The notes: a model not told the origin generated them from the letters alone. Counted from the first letter of the stretch, positions 52,111 to 62,294 are shown. The stretch is DNA of 64,000 nucleotides from Bermanella sp. (GCA_049115935.1 JAGDZK010000015.1:27135-91134); one strand, 5' to 3'. A program made the numbers and translations.

Positions 52111-53373
52111 ATGCGCAGCTTAATTACCCCTTTTGTCAGTGGCTATTGGTCTAGTGAAAACTATGTAGCTAAAAAAAACAAACGGGCTGAAGCCGTGCTG
52201 TTTCAACAAGCCAGGCCTCGCTATTGCGAGGTCTTTGTTGCGCTTGATGATCCTTATAGCTACCTACTTTTACAGCTGCTTCGTCAATTTACTGAAGACT
52301 TTGCGCTGGATATAGACATCCACCTTATTCATCGCCGCCAAGATGACATGTTCCCCGAAAGCGCAATGTGGTCAAAATGGGCGCTAGACGATGCCAGCAA
52401 ACTAGCCGGCTTATACCAGTTGTATCTCCCTCCCTACTACCCAAAATCAAACAGCATTCGTCACGCGCAAGCCTTTTGGGCACAGTATCCCCCAGCGAAT
52501 ATCCGCCAAGCCATTGAGCACTTTGAACAACTTTGGTTAGACCGAGTTATTCCACCTACACACACTTGCCCCGAATCATTATTACGTAAAAACGAACGAC
52601 ACTTACTCGAATTAGGGCATTACCTACCTGCCAGTATTTATTTTGCAGGGCAATGGTACTGGGGAATTGATCGACTGGCTCACCTAGAAAAACGTCTGCT
52701 GGAACTTGGGTTTAACCAACAACCCTATTTAGGCTCAAAATACGCACGTACTTGGGAAAACTTTTGCGCTCAACCAGTCAATGCTGTTACCGATAAAACC
52801 CAACCTATCGAGCTTTTCTTCTCAATGCGCAGCCCTTATAGCCACTTAGCACTTAACCGCTGCCATGCACTTGCTGAACATTACAACGTGCCATTAGTCA
52901 TCAAACCGGTTTTACCCATGCTGATGCGTAACCTGAGCGTGCCAAAAAACAAGACCCGTTATATTTTCTTTGACGCGCTACGCGAAGGACAAAAACTAAA
53001 TATCCCATACGGCAAAGTAGCCGACCCCTTAGGCAAAGGGGTTGAAAATACCTATGCGCTTTGGCATTGGGCAAAACAACAAGATAAAGGCAACGAATTA
53101 TTATTGGCCATATCTCATTTTGTAAATGTTGAAGGGGTCAGTGCTAATTTTAACCCTGGCCTTAAAAAAGTTTGTCAAAAAGTCGGCCTAAACTGGCAAG
53201 AGGCCAAACAAGCCCTTAAATCTAATGAATGGCGAGCAGATGTCAGCACCAATATTAAAGAGCTGTATTCATTGGGATTGTGGGGCGTACCAAGCATGCG
53301 CTATAAACAAACATCGGTCTGGGGGCAAGATAGAATCTGGTGCATAGAAGCTGCCATGCTTGCCGATAAATAA
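52111..53373 (+). CDS. Tandem DsbA/HCCA-isomerase (kappa-GST-like) domain protein
   Basis: Two repeats: DDPYSYLL...YWGIDRL and MRSPYSHL...GLWGVPS...WGQDR. Confidence 0.8.
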   Translation: MRSLITPFVSGYWSSENYVAKKNKRAEAVLFQQARPRYCEVFVALDDPYSYLLLQLLRQFTEDFALDIDIHLIHRRQDDMFPESAMWSKWALDDASKLAGLYQLYLPPYYPKSNSIRHAQAFWAQYPPANIRQAIEHFEQLWLDRVIPPTHTCPESLLRKNERHLLELGHYLPASIYFAGQWYWGIDRLAHLEKRLLELGFNQQPYLGSKYARTWENFCAQPVNAVTDKTQPIELFFSMRSPYSHLALNRCHALAEHYNVPLVIKPVLPMLMRNLSVPKNKTRYIFFDALREGQKLNIPYGKVADPLGKGVENTYALWHWAKQQDKGNELLLAISHFVNVEGVSANFNPGLKKVCQKVGLNWQEAKQALKSNEWRADVSTNIKELYSLGLWGVPSMRYKQTSVWGQDRIWCIEAAMLADK

Positions 53374-53614
53374 CAAACATACCTCCTTCAGCCTCATACT
53401 CTTCACTGATTTTTATATTATTTGGTTTTATCCAAACAGCATGTTTTTAAAAAATCTTTTAAATTCAAATGGTTACTAACATCCCTCTTAAAATCACTGC
53501 AGGCAAAGCAACATAATTGTCATCCAGCGCAACTGTTCACATTTTCCTCAACTAAAATAAGGCATAGTCGCTGCTTAGCTTTGCCTTTGGCTCTTATATT
53601 TAAAAGGATTTCTC

Positions 53615-55156
53615 ATGCTCGTCTCAAACTTAATCCCCGGTGAACCAGTGTTGAGCTGGTTACTGGTTATTATTGCTGCCAACCTCATTTTGTATTTTAT
53701 TCGCCATAGTGCCCACCAGCTCTTCGACAGCCTGACTTTATTGGTGGTCAATAATTTACGTTTATTCAGTCGTGCGTTAATCACCACGGCTCGCCATATG
53801 AGCCGACGCAACCGCGAAGTATTGCTAGAGCATGGCAAGCAACAAGCCGAGCGTGAACTAGAACGTCAATTTATTCGATTAGGCAATTTAGTTGAAAAAG
53901 ACCTAGGGCGTTATCCAACCATTCAACGTAGCATTGAGCAAAACGTCTCCCACATGGAAGACAAGCTCTCGCAAACATCTGAAGTACCAGCTCCCTTACC
54001 AGAATGGACCGAAGCGGTTGAATCCATCGCACGCTTAAAAGATGTCACAAAAAACGATGCCGTGGTTGGTAAATTACTACAAGCCATATACGAAGCCTTT
54101 CACAAACAACAAGGCGAAGTACTGAGCACATTTCGACAAGACATCGCAAAACGTCACGGTATTTTAAAATCCGCCATGGTGCACTGGCGTCATCTGCTTC
54201 ACAAAATTGAAAGTTTGCACGAGCAATGGCAAAACCTTAACGAGCAAAGCAAAAAAGTCGATTTGCAAGTGGACCGTTTTGAGAACATGGTAAAAGGCAC
54301 AGACAAGGCAGAACGCTTACTGCAATCAAGTAACACCACACAATTTTTTATATCTGTCATTGTGATGGTCATTGCCGGCTTTGGCGCATTTGTAAATTAC
54401 AACCTCATCGCATTACCTATGTCAGAACTGATGCCGGCAACCTCTCAAGTGGCTGGCTATGATGTGGCTGAAATCGGCGCAGCGGTGATTATCATGCTTG
54501 AGCTCACCGTGGGTTTATTTTTCATGGAAGCCATCGGCATTACCCGACTGTTTCCTGTGATTCATTTTATGGAAGACAAAAAACGCATTATTTGGGCGTG
54601 GGTCTGTATTTCATTTTTACTGGCACTATGTGGGGTTGAAGCAGGCCTTGCCTATATGCGTGAAACCATGGTGGCCGACAAAGCCATGCTCACTAGCTTT
54701 TTAGTGGGAGGCGAGCAAGCGGCAGCCGCATCCGCCAGTGTTGAGCACAGTAACATCCCCATGATTGGACAAATGACATTAGGTTTTGTTTTACCTTTAA
54801 TATTAATGTTTGTGGCCATACCGTTTGAATCATTCATCCATACCGGTCGTCACGTATTAGGTAATATGGTGGTGCATCTTTGTATTTTTTCTAGCACCAT
54901 CGCGCGCAGCCTGTCTCTTTTCATGAAGCAGTTCAACAACAGCTTAAAACACATATACGATATTTTATGTTTTGCTCCGCTATGGGTTGAGCACATGATT
55001 GAGAGCAAGCCCGAGTCAACTAAAAAGGTAAAAGCCAAACTCGAAAAACAAGCTCTAAACACTAATGAAGAACAAGTCTTATTAGAATCAGACCAAACAA
55101 CTAGCAGCAAAAAAGCAAAAAAAGACGACACACCTAAGATTCAAAGAGAAGGCTAA
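53615..55156 (+). CDS. Hypothetical multi-TM protein with a central coiled-coil domain
   Basis: N-terminal TM, ~200-aa helical region, 4-5 C-terminal TM segments, charged tail. Confidence 0.75.
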   Translation: MLVSNLIPGEPVLSWLLVIIAANLILYFIRHSAHQLFDSLTLLVVNNLRLFSRALITTARHMSRRNREVLLEHGKQQAERELERQFIRLGNLVEKDLGRYPTIQRSIEQNVSHMEDKLSQTSEVPAPLPEWTEAVESIARLKDVTKNDAVVGKLLQAIYEAFHKQQGEVLSTFRQDIAKRHGILKSAMVHWRHLLHKIESLHEQWQNLNEQSKKVDLQVDRFENMVKGTDKAERLLQSSNTTQFFISVIVMVIAGFGAFVNYNLIALPMSELMPATSQVAGYDVAEIGAAVIIMLELTVGLFFMEAIGITRLFPVIHFMEDKKRIIWAWVCISFLLALCGVEAGLAYMRETMVADKAMLTSFLVGGEQAAAASASVEHSNIPMIGQMTLGFVLPLILMFVAIPFESFIHTGRHVLGNMVVHLCIFSSTIARSLSLFMKQFNNSLKHIYDILCFAPLWVEHMIESKPESTKKVKAKLEKQALNTNEEQVLLESDQTTSSKKAKKDDTPKIQREG

Positions 55157-55158
55157 TT

Positions 55159-55806
55159 ATGAAGCACTTATTAAAGTTTATTACTCTTTTAAGTGCGCTT
55201 ACTCTAATAAGCGCATGTACCCAACAAAAACCCACAACAGGTTTGTATTTATTATTAGATACCTCTGGTACTTACACAAAAGAGTTAAAAAAAGCCCAGC
55301 AAATCATTCATTACTATTTAGCCCAGCTAGAGCCAGGTGATAGTTTTGCGGTGGCACGCATTGATAGCGGCAGTTTTTCTGAAACCGACATCATTGCCAA
55401 AGTGACATTTGATCACCGCCCTAGCCGCGCCAATGAACAAAAACGTATTTTTAGTGCCACCATTTCTAAGTTTATTGAAACCGTACAAAGCAGTGCCTAT
55501 ACCGACATAAGTGGCGGCCTGCTTTTGGCAAAAGAGTATTTAAATGAAATTGGCAGTGATAAAAAATATATTATGATTTTTTCAGACATGCAGGAAGAAT
55601 TGCCTAAGGGTTACAAGCGTGACTTTGAATTAAATCTACCAGACTATGAAGTCATCGCATTAAACGTCACTAAATTGCGCAGCGACAACCAAGACCCCAC
55701 CCAATACATGCAACGCTTAAAAGACTGGCAACAGCGCGTTGAGCAAAGCGGCGGAAAATGGCGCATGATTAATGATCTAGAGCGCGAGGAATCATTAGGG
55801 CTTTAA
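55159..55806 (+). CDS. vWA-domain lipoprotein
   Basis: Lipobox ISAC; MIDAS-like LLLDTSGT...YTDISG...IFSDMQE. Confidence 0.82.
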   Translation: MKHLLKFITLLSALTLISACTQQKPTTGLYLLLDTSGTYTKELKKAQQIIHYYLAQLEPGDSFAVARIDSGSFSETDIIAKVTFDHRPSRANEQKRIFSATISKFIETVQSSAYTDISGGLLLAKEYLNEIGSDKKYIMIFSDMQEELPKGYKRDFELNLPDYEVIALNVTKLRSDNQDPTQYMQRLKDWQQRVEQSGGKWRMINDLEREESLGL

Positions 55807-55807
55807 T

Positions 55808-55842
55808 AAAAAAGGGGCATCACTTTTAAGTGACGCCCCTTT
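55808..55842. terminator. Bidirectional terminator
   Basis: AAAGGGGCATCAC-TTTTAA-GTGACGCCCCTTT between convergent genes. Confidence 0.75.
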
Positions 55843-55873
55843 CTAAATTTATGACTGGTTATTTTTTGTTGTG

Positions 55874-56497
55874 TTATTTCTTGCCGTGTTTTTTCAAATA
55901 CACAGCATGACTACCCGCCAGCACCATGCGCAGTTCAATATTTAATTTACGCACTAGGTTTTTACGCTCTTCTTCGCTCATATCCAATGACATGACACCT
56001 TGGCTGAACACCAGCATCACCATCATTTCGGCCACTTCTGGAATATTCGCCAAAGGCTGACGCTTCATTTGCTCTGGTGAGCTTAAGTCATCGGTTAACT
56101 CTTCAGCAAAACGGCGAGTTTCACGGGCAATGGATTCACGAAATTGTTTAGGGCCCGACACCATATCTGAATTTAATAAGCGAATTAAATTAGGGTAGTT
56201 TTCAACAAACTCCATAAAGGTTTCGATTGATGTACCCACCACCGAACCTTCTACCTTAACGCGATGACGAGCTTGACGCATGATCTGACGTAAAATCAAG
56301 CTCACTTGATCCACAAGAGCGAGACCAAGATCTTCCATATCTACAAAGTGACGATAAAAAGTAGCGGGGGCAATACCGGCACGGCGCGTCACTTCCCGCA
56401 AACTTAATGCTGGGAAACCCTTGTCTTTACTTAATTCAAGAGCGGCATCAATGATCGATTGGCGGGTTCTTAATTTTTGTTCTGCACGAGTGCTCAT
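55874..56497 (-). CDS. fabR: TetR-family regulator, FabR-like
   Basis: MSTRAEQKLRTRQSIIDAA...SLREVTRRAGIAPATFYRHFVDMEDLGLALVD...LRQIMRQAR. Confidence 0.78.
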   Translation of the reverse strand: MSTRAEQKLRTRQSIIDAALELSKDKGFPALSLREVTRRAGIAPATFYRHFVDMEDLGLALVDQVSLILRQIMRQARHRVKVEGSVVGTSIETFMEFVENYPNLIRLLNSDMVSGPKQFRESIARETRRFAEELTDDLSSPEQMKRQPLANIPEVAEMMVMLVFSQGVMSLDMSEEERKNLVRKLNIELRMVLAGSHAVYLKKHGKK

Positions 56498-56594
56498 GGG
56501 ATCTGCCTTTTATTCATGGCGCTATTGTAACCAGATCGCAATAAAGCGCAAAAACTTGTGCATGCGCCCATTCATAAACCCCGTTTCGCCACTC

Positions 56595-56712
56595 ATGGTC
56601 GCCTGCGAGCAGCCTCCTACCATTTTGATTCAAGCAACACACCTTGTAGAAGGGTGCTCGCACGCGACCAATCAATCTCACGCTGATTCACCCGCATGTG
56701 CGGGTTCCTACA
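56595..56712. repeat. BIME-like cluster of three GTAG-type REPs
   Basis: ATGGTCGCCTGCGAGCAGCCTCCTAC (56595), TGTAGAAGGGTGCTCGCACGCGACCAAT (56645), ATTCACCCGCATGTGCGGGTTCCTACA (56686); same units as at 60.4-60.7 kb and 25.6 kb. Confidence 0.85.
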
Positions 56713-56810
56713 TATCCCTCACATCAAGCCAGCATTTTCAAAAAATCCATCTATAGAGCCCAAAACCCGCCTATGGTAAGATGCGGCCCTTTATTTAGCG
56801 GCCCATTTAC

Positions 56811-57542
56811 ATGTCCAATCCCCTGTCTAATATTCGCATCGTCATGGTGAACACCTTTCACCCAGGGAACATCGGCGCCGCTGCGCGAGCCATGAAAACC
56901 ATGGGCTTAAATGACTTAGTCTTGGTTTCACCACTTGAGTACCCAAGTGACCACGCCACCTCTATGGCAGCAGGCGCCACAGACGTTTTAAACAACGCAA
57001 CCGTGGTTGAAACCCTTGAGCAAGCCATTGACGATTGCCAGTTAGTTATCGCTACCAGCGCCCGCTCTCGCAGCCATCCTTGGCCCATTAAAGAAGCCCG
57101 TGAAATGGCCCCTCAAATCATGAGTGAAGCCAGCCAAGGCAAGGTAGCCATTTTATTTGGGCCAGAGCGCATGGGCTTGCATAACGAACACCTACGCCAA
57201 GCGCATTTCCATATGGATATTCCGGGCAACCCAGAATACCCGGTTCTTAACGTGGCCAGCGCGGTACAATTGGTATGTTACGAGTGTTTCATGAGCAACC
57301 GCCAAACTTACGCCAAGCACGACAAAGTCTATCCTCAAGTCAACGAATTAAATGGGTTCTATCAACATCTAGAAACCACCCTAGATGATGCCGGTTTTTT
57401 AAACCAAGCCCATAAGGGTCAAGCTATGCTGCGCTTAAAGCGATTATTTAACCGCGCACGCCCTGAAAAAATAGAACTCAACATGCTACGGGGCATACTC
57501 GCCAGCGTGGACAAACTGATTAATAAAAACGAATCTAAATAA
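56811..57542 (+). CDS. trmJ: SPOUT RNA methyltransferase, TrmJ/LasT family
   Basis: [54 protein letters not shown]-like C-terminus. Confidence 0.82.
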   Translation: MSNPLSNIRIVMVNTFHPGNIGAAARAMKTMGLNDLVLVSPLEYPSDHATSMAAGATDVLNNATVVETLEQAIDDCQLVIATSARSRSHPWPIKEAREMAPQIMSEASQGKVAILFGPERMGLHNEHLRQAHFHMDIPGNPEYPVLNVASAVQLVCYECFMSNRQTYAKHDKVYPQVNELNGFYQHLETTLDDAGFLNQAHKGQAMLRLKRLFNRARPEKIELNMLRGILASVDKLINKNESK

Positions 57543-57552
57543 GCGAGCAAGT

Positions 57553-58689
57553 ATGAGCGATACACGCACACTGGCCCTAAGCAAAGCCCTCATTGAACAG
57601 CCGTCTGTGACCCCAGAAGACGCTGAATGCCAACAAATGATGGAAGACATCTTGGCACCATTAGGTTTCAACTGTGAAACAATGCAGTTCGCCGAAGTGA
57701 AAAATCTATGGGCACGCAAAGGCACGGAAAAACCCCTTGTCTGTTTTGCAGGTCACACTGACGTGGTACCAACAGGCCCCCACGCAGGTTGGACCTACCC
57801 GCCATTTGAAGCCACCATCGTGGATGGCATGTTATATGGTCGTGGCGCAGCGGATATGAAAGGCTCCATCGCGGCGTTTTTAGCCGCCACTGAAAACTTT
57901 GTAAAAAAACACCCCGATCACAAAGGCTCCATCGCCTATTTAATAACAGCCGATGAAGAAGGCCCAGCTGACAACGGCACGGTAAAAGTCATCGAAGCCC
58001 TTGAAGCACGTAACGAAAAAATCGACATGTGTATTGTGGGCGAACCATCCAGCACCAAAGAATGTGGTGATGTGATTAAAAACGGTCGCCGCGGCTCACT
58101 GGGCGCATGGATGACGGTAAAAGGCGTGCAAGGTCACGTGGCGTATCCACACCTTGCCAAAAACCCTATCCACTTAGTCGCCCCTGCCCTTGCCGAAATG
58201 GCCGCTGAAAAATGGGATGACGGCAACGAGTTTTTCCCTGCCACCAGTTTTCAGATCAGTAATATGAACAGCGGCACTGGTGCCACCAACGTGATCCCAG
58301 GCACCGTTGAATTAATCTTCAACTTCCGTTTTTCAACGGAATTAACACAAGAAGACTTAAAGCGCCGTACCCATGAGATCATGGATAAGTACGGTTTTGA
58401 CTATGAAATCGAATGGAAACTAAGCGGCCACCCATTTTTAACCGATCGCGGTTCATTAGTGGATGCCGCCGTTGATGCCATTAAAGAAGTGACCAACATC
58501 GATACCGAACTTTCAACTTCAGGCGGTACCAGTGATGGTCGTTTCATTGCACCCACAGGTGCACAAGTGGTTGAGCTGGGCCCAATTAACGCCACCATTC
58601 ACCAAGTTAACGAACACATCAGTGTGGCCGACCTTGATACTTTAAGCGCCATATATGAGCGTATTCTTGAAAAATTGCTTTTGGATTAA
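57553..58689 (+). CDS. dapE: Succinyl-diaminopimelate desuccinylase
   Basis: [52 protein letters not shown]. Confidence 0.97.
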   Translation: MSDTRTLALSKALIEQPSVTPEDAECQQMMEDILAPLGFNCETMQFAEVKNLWARKGTEKPLVCFAGHTDVVPTGPHAGWTYPPFEATIVDGMLYGRGAADMKGSIAAFLAATENFVKKHPDHKGSIAYLITADEEGPADNGTVKVIEALEARNEKIDMCIVGEPSSTKECGDVIKNGRRGSLGAWMTVKGVQGHVAYPHLAKNPIHLVAPALAEMAAEKWDDGNEFFPATSFQISNMNSGTGATNVIPGTVELIFNFRFSTELTQEDLKRRTHEIMDKYGFDYEIEWKLSGHPFLTDRGSLVDAAVDAIKEVTNIDTELSTSGGTSDGRFIAPTGAQVVELGPINATIHQVNEHISVADLDTLSAIYERILEKLLLD

Positions 58690-58701
58690 CAGTTAAGCCT
58701 T

Positions 58702-59604
58702 ATGTTAACGTGCCCAGTTTGCCAAAACTTGCTTGAGCTTAATGAGCGTCAATTACGCTGTGAAAACAATCACAGCTATGACCAAGCCAAGCAAGGTTAT
58801 TTTAATTTATTACTCAATACCGCCAAAAGCTCAAAGCAGCCTGGCGATAATGCGGCCATGGTACAAGCGCGCAGTGCGTTTTTAAATGGCGGCCATTATC
58901 AAAGTATTTCTGACACCATTAACCAGTTGGCCATTGATCATTTATTGCAAAACTCAGCTGACAATAGCCAAATATTAGACCTAGGTTGTGGCGAAGGTTA
59001 TTACACCGAACGCCTGCACACCGCGTTAAGTGATCATCAAATCAATCATGCATTTTATGGTTTAGATATTTCAAAAGACGCTGTAAAAGCCGCCTGCAAA
59101 CGCAGTAAAAACATTAACTGGTTAGTGGCCAACGCCAACCATGCACCGTTTAAAGAAAACAGCATGCACCTAATCATGAACGTATTTAACCGCATTATGC
59201 CAAAAGCACTTGCCAAGCTGTGCCATGAAAACGGTCGTGTGTTTATTGCCAGTGCCGGTGCGTATCATTTACAGCAGCTTAAAGAAGCTATTTACACCAC
59301 ACCTAAGTTTGTGGAGTTTGACGCCATAGCCGTAATGAGTGATGACTTTAATCATGAACATCGCCAAACATTGGATTTCACCATGAGCCTGCCAGAAGAA
59401 AGCACCAAACACCTTCTGGCCATGACGCCACACACATGGCGCTCAAGCCCTGAAATTCAACAAGGCTTAATGGCGCAAGAGCGTCTAGACTTAAGAGTAC
59501 AAATCAATTTAGATAGCTTTAGCTTAAAACCATTAGCTGAACGTATTTATCGCACTAAAACAGAAAACGAAAACGAAAACGAAAACGAACAAAGCGATAT
59601 TTAA
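58702..59604 (+). CDS. rlmA: RlmA-type 23S rRNA m1G745 methyltransferase
   Basis: N-terminal Zn finger CPVC...CENNH, LDLGCGEGYY, GLDISK, MTPH. Confidence 0.85.
   Translation: MLTCPVCQNLLELNERQLRCENNHSYDQAKQGYFNLLLNTAKSSKQPGDNAAMVQARSAFLNGGHYQSISDTINQLAIDHLLQNSADNSQILDLGCGEGYYTERLHTALSDHQINHAFYGLDISKDAVKAACKRSKNINWLVANANHAPFKENSMHLIMNVFNRIMPKALAKLCHENGRVFIASAGAYHLQQLKEAIYTTPKFVEFDAIAVMSDDFNHEHRQTLDFTMSLPEESTKHLLAMTPHTWRSSPEIQQGLMAQERLDLRVQINLDSFSLKPLAERIYRTKTENENENENEQSDI
59563..59589 (+). repeat. (GAAAAC)4 hexanucleotide microsatellite in the rlmA 3' end
   Basis: GAAAAC x4 plus a partial unit, encoding ENENENENE. Confidence 0.9.
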
Positions 59605-59626
59605 CGGCTAAACACAAGGAGCGTGT

Positions 59627-59926
59627 ATGTTTATAGTAAGATGGCTCGGCAACCTTGCTCAAGACTACCAACGTTGCTTTGCTATTTTTGGCGCAGGCCT
59701 TGCCGTTTTTATGATTGGCATTGGCCTGTTTTATCTCAGTGCTAAACACTATGATGCACAGCCCTTGTTAGCCGAGCTACTAACATTAATTGCGATTTTG
59801 TTTTTTGCCATTGGCATCATCACCGCGTTAATCGGTTATTTAAGTTTGACCTATTATCGCTGGTATATATTTTTTAAAAAAAAGAAAACAAGCCAACGTG
59901 AGCAAAACGACAACAATCACGATTAA
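59627..59926 (+). CDS. Small 2-TM hypothetical membrane protein
   Basis: AAGGAG RBS; two hydrophobic segments. Confidence 0.7.
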   Translation: MFIVRWLGNLAQDYQRCFAIFGAGLAVFMIGIGLFYLSAKHYDAQPLLAELLTLIAILFFAIGIITALIGYLSLTYYRWYIFFKKKKTSQREQNDNNHD

Positions 59927-59950
59927 ACTTGTCTCGTAAAAGGTTTACCC

Positions 59951-60331
59951 ATGCGCTACCCAGATATCGAAATTTACGTTAAAGACGTCACCTTCAAACA
60001 AATTGAAGACTGGCTTGCACTGCACTTTAAAAGTGTTGAACGTAAACACATCGAAACCAAAAAAAGCGAAGCCCGCAGCCACTGGTTAGTGGATGACAGC
60101 GAAGTGATCGCCTTTGGCAACGCCATTGCCAAATATTCCAGCATCTGGTTTAAACAAAACAACAGCCCATGGGACACGGACCTTGATTGCGCACATACAG
60201 CCGCTAAAGAATTAGTCACACAGGTACGTTGCTCAAACAGCAGCTGGGAAGAAGGCCAAGGCCCAGAAAGCCAATGGTGGCGTGTGGTTGATGGCGAAGA
60301 AGATATGTTAATTGAATGGCCGGAGGGTTAA
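59951..60331 (+). CDS. Conserved hypothetical protein
   Basis: MRYPDIEIYVKD...WF...SPWDTDLDCA...VRCS resembles a conserved Pseudomonadales protein found near dapE. Confidence 0.72.
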   Translation: MRYPDIEIYVKDVTFKQIEDWLALHFKSVERKHIETKKSEARSHWLVDDSEVIAFGNAIAKYSSIWFKQNNSPWDTDLDCAHTAAKELVTQVRCSNSSWEEGQGPESQWWRVVDGEEDMLIEWPEG

Positions 60332-60402
60332 GCCCGCTCAGCTATTCGCTCGCAGGGGCTTTCTAGGTGCGAACCCCCACAAACTCATCATAATCAAAAC
60401 AC

Positions 60403-60718
60403 TGTACGAGGCCGCACCTGCGGCCGAATCATAAATTCAATTCGCATGGTTTATGGGTCGCCTGCAAGCAGCCTCCTACAATTTGATTCAAGCAACCACC
60501 CTGTAGGAGGGTGCCCCGCGCCCGATCATAAATTCAATTCGCATGGTTTATGGGTCGCCTGCAAGCAGCCTCCTACAATTTGATTCAAGCAACCACCCTG
60601 TAGGAGGGTGCCCCGCGCCCGATCATAGACCTCATTCACACGCTTCATGGTCGCCTGCGAGCAGCCTCCTACATTTAGATTCAGCAACCACCCTGTACGA
60701 GGGTGCCCCGCGCCCGAT
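60403..60718. repeat. Tandem BIME-like REP array (97-bp unit x2 exact plus a diverged third), preceded by a family-A REP
   Basis: Units start at 60428, 60525 and 60622; each has an inverted REP pair (…CAGCCTCCTACA / TGTAGGAGGGTGCCCCGCGCCCGAT). Confidence 0.9.
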
Positions 60719-60844
60719 AAAGCAACCCCACCCCGATAAACAAACTCAATCACAAAACCTATCAATTGTGCGCACTAATGCTGGGCGCGCTGAGCTAAAC
60801 CCTTTACAATCAAAGTACTTACAACACTAAGAAAAGGGAACTTC

Positions 60845-61783
60845 ATGCCATTCACAATGAGCACTATCGTCGCCGGTATTGCGTTTTTATTCGTACTGGT
60901 TGTACTGAAAAAAACCATCATCTTCGTACCGCAAAACCGCGCTTGGTTAATCGAGCGTTTTGGTAAATACCACAGCACAAAAGTCGCGGGTCTAAACTTC
61001 ATGATGCCATTTATTGATCGCATCGCCGCGGACCGCAGCTTAAAAGAACAAGCCCAAGACGTGCCTAGCCAATCAGTTATCACCAAAGACAACATCTCAC
61101 TTGTAGTAGACGGCGTATTATATTTACGCGTACTTAATCCATATGACGCCACCTATGGCGTAGACGATTATACCTATGCAGTGACTCAGCTTGCACAAAC
61201 CACCATGCGTAGTGCCATTGGTAAAATGGAACTAGACCGTACGTTTGAAGAACGAGAAGCATTAAACGCCGACATCGTTTCTTCTATCAACCAGGCGGCT
61301 GAACCTTGGGGTATCCAGTTACTGCGTTACGAAATCAAGGACATCGTGCCACCAAAGTCGATTTTAGAGTCCATGGAAGCACAGATGAAAGCCGAGCGTG
61401 TTAAACGCGCACAGATCTTAGAATCCGAAGGCGACAAACAAGCAGCAATTAACGTAGCTGAAGGTCAAAAAGCCTCCATGGTATTAGCCGCAGAAGCGGA
61501 CAAAGCCGAGCAAATCCTTCGTGCAGAAGGTGAAGCCCAAGCGATTATTGCGGTAGCCGATGCACAAGCTAAAGCTCTTAAAACTGTAGGTGACGCGGCT
61601 AAAACGGAAGAAGGTCAAAAAGCCGTTCAGCTTGACCTTGCAACCAAAGCCATTGAAGCTCAAAAAGCCATCGCGAAAGAATCATCAGTTGTCTTGCTAC
61701 CAAGCGGCGATACCAGTGCTAGCTCGTTAGTGGCATCATCAATGGCTATCATTAATAAAATTAACGAACAACAAAAAGGCTAA
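60845..61783 (+). CDS. qmcA: SPFH/stomatin-family protein (QmcA-like)
   Basis: IERFGKY, VITKDNISLVVD, AQTTMRSAIG, WGIQLLRYEIKDI, AERVKRAQILESEG. Confidence 0.9.
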   Translation: MPFTMSTIVAGIAFLFVLVVLKKTIIFVPQNRAWLIERFGKYHSTKVAGLNFMMPFIDRIAADRSLKEQAQDVPSQSVITKDNISLVVDGVLYLRVLNPYDATYGVDDYTYAVTQLAQTTMRSAIGKMELDRTFEEREALNADIVSSINQAAEPWGIQLLRYEIKDIVPPKSILESMEAQMKAERVKRAQILESEGDKQAAINVAEGQKASMVLAAEADKAEQILRAEGEAQAIIAVADAQAKALKTVGDAAKTEEGQKAVQLDLATKAIEAQKAIAKESSVVLLPSGDTSASSLVASSMAIINKINEQQKG

Positions 61784-61785
61784 TC

Positions 61786-62238
61786 ATGGATTTCATTGCA
61801 CAAAATTTATCAGAAAGTCTGATCATTGCGGGTATTGCACTGCTTATCATTGAAGTAGCCATACTCGGCTTTGCCACGTTTGTGCTTTTTTTCATGGGTT
61901 GTTCCATGGTGATCACAGGTATATTGATGTTAGTAGGTGTTTTAGATGCCACTTACATCACCGCCTTTTGGAGCAACGCAATTGTCACCGGTATTTTAGC
62001 GGCTCTACTTTGGAAGCCTCTTAAAAGAAGCCAACAAAATAGTGGCAAAGATAAAGAAACCGCCACTACCATTAGCCACCAATTTGTACTTGAAAATGAT
62101 AGCGACAGCCAAGGGCTTAACCATCATCAATATTCAGGTATTCAATGGAAAGTGAAAAGCCAGCAACCACTCGCCAAGGGCACCATGGTTAAAGTGGTGA
62201 AAGCCGATGTGGGCGTGTTATGGGTTGAAGAAGTGTAA
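61786..62238 (+). CDS. NfeD-like (YbbJ-type) membrane protein
   Basis: GIALLIIEV TM segments plus C-terminal OB fold (GIQWKV...VKVVKADVGVLWV); coupled to the SPFH gene. Confidence 0.85.
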   Translation: MDFIAQNLSESLIIAGIALLIIEVAILGFATFVLFFMGCSMVITGILMLVGVLDATYITAFWSNAIVTGILAALLWKPLKRSQQNSGKDKETATTISHQFVLENDSDSQGLNHHQYSGIQWKVKSQQPLAKGTMVKVVKADVGVLWVEEV

Positions 62239-62267
62239 AAATTTTTTAGTTTGTTACACGTCAAATG

Positions 62268-62294
62268 AAAACGGCCTCTTTTGAGGCCGCTTTT
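62268..62294 (+). terminator. Intrinsic terminator
   Basis: CGGCCTC-TTTT-GAGGCCG followed by CTTTT. Confidence 0.7.

Noticed and set aside
60428-60718. Possible CRISPR array
   Set aside because: The intervening sequences are identical rather than unique spacers, the units are inverted REP pairs found elsewhere in the window, and there are no cas genes.
60526-60830. ORFs 60526..60765(-) and 60543..60830(+)
   Set aside because: They are translations of the REP array; the repeated peptide simply reflects the DNA repeat.
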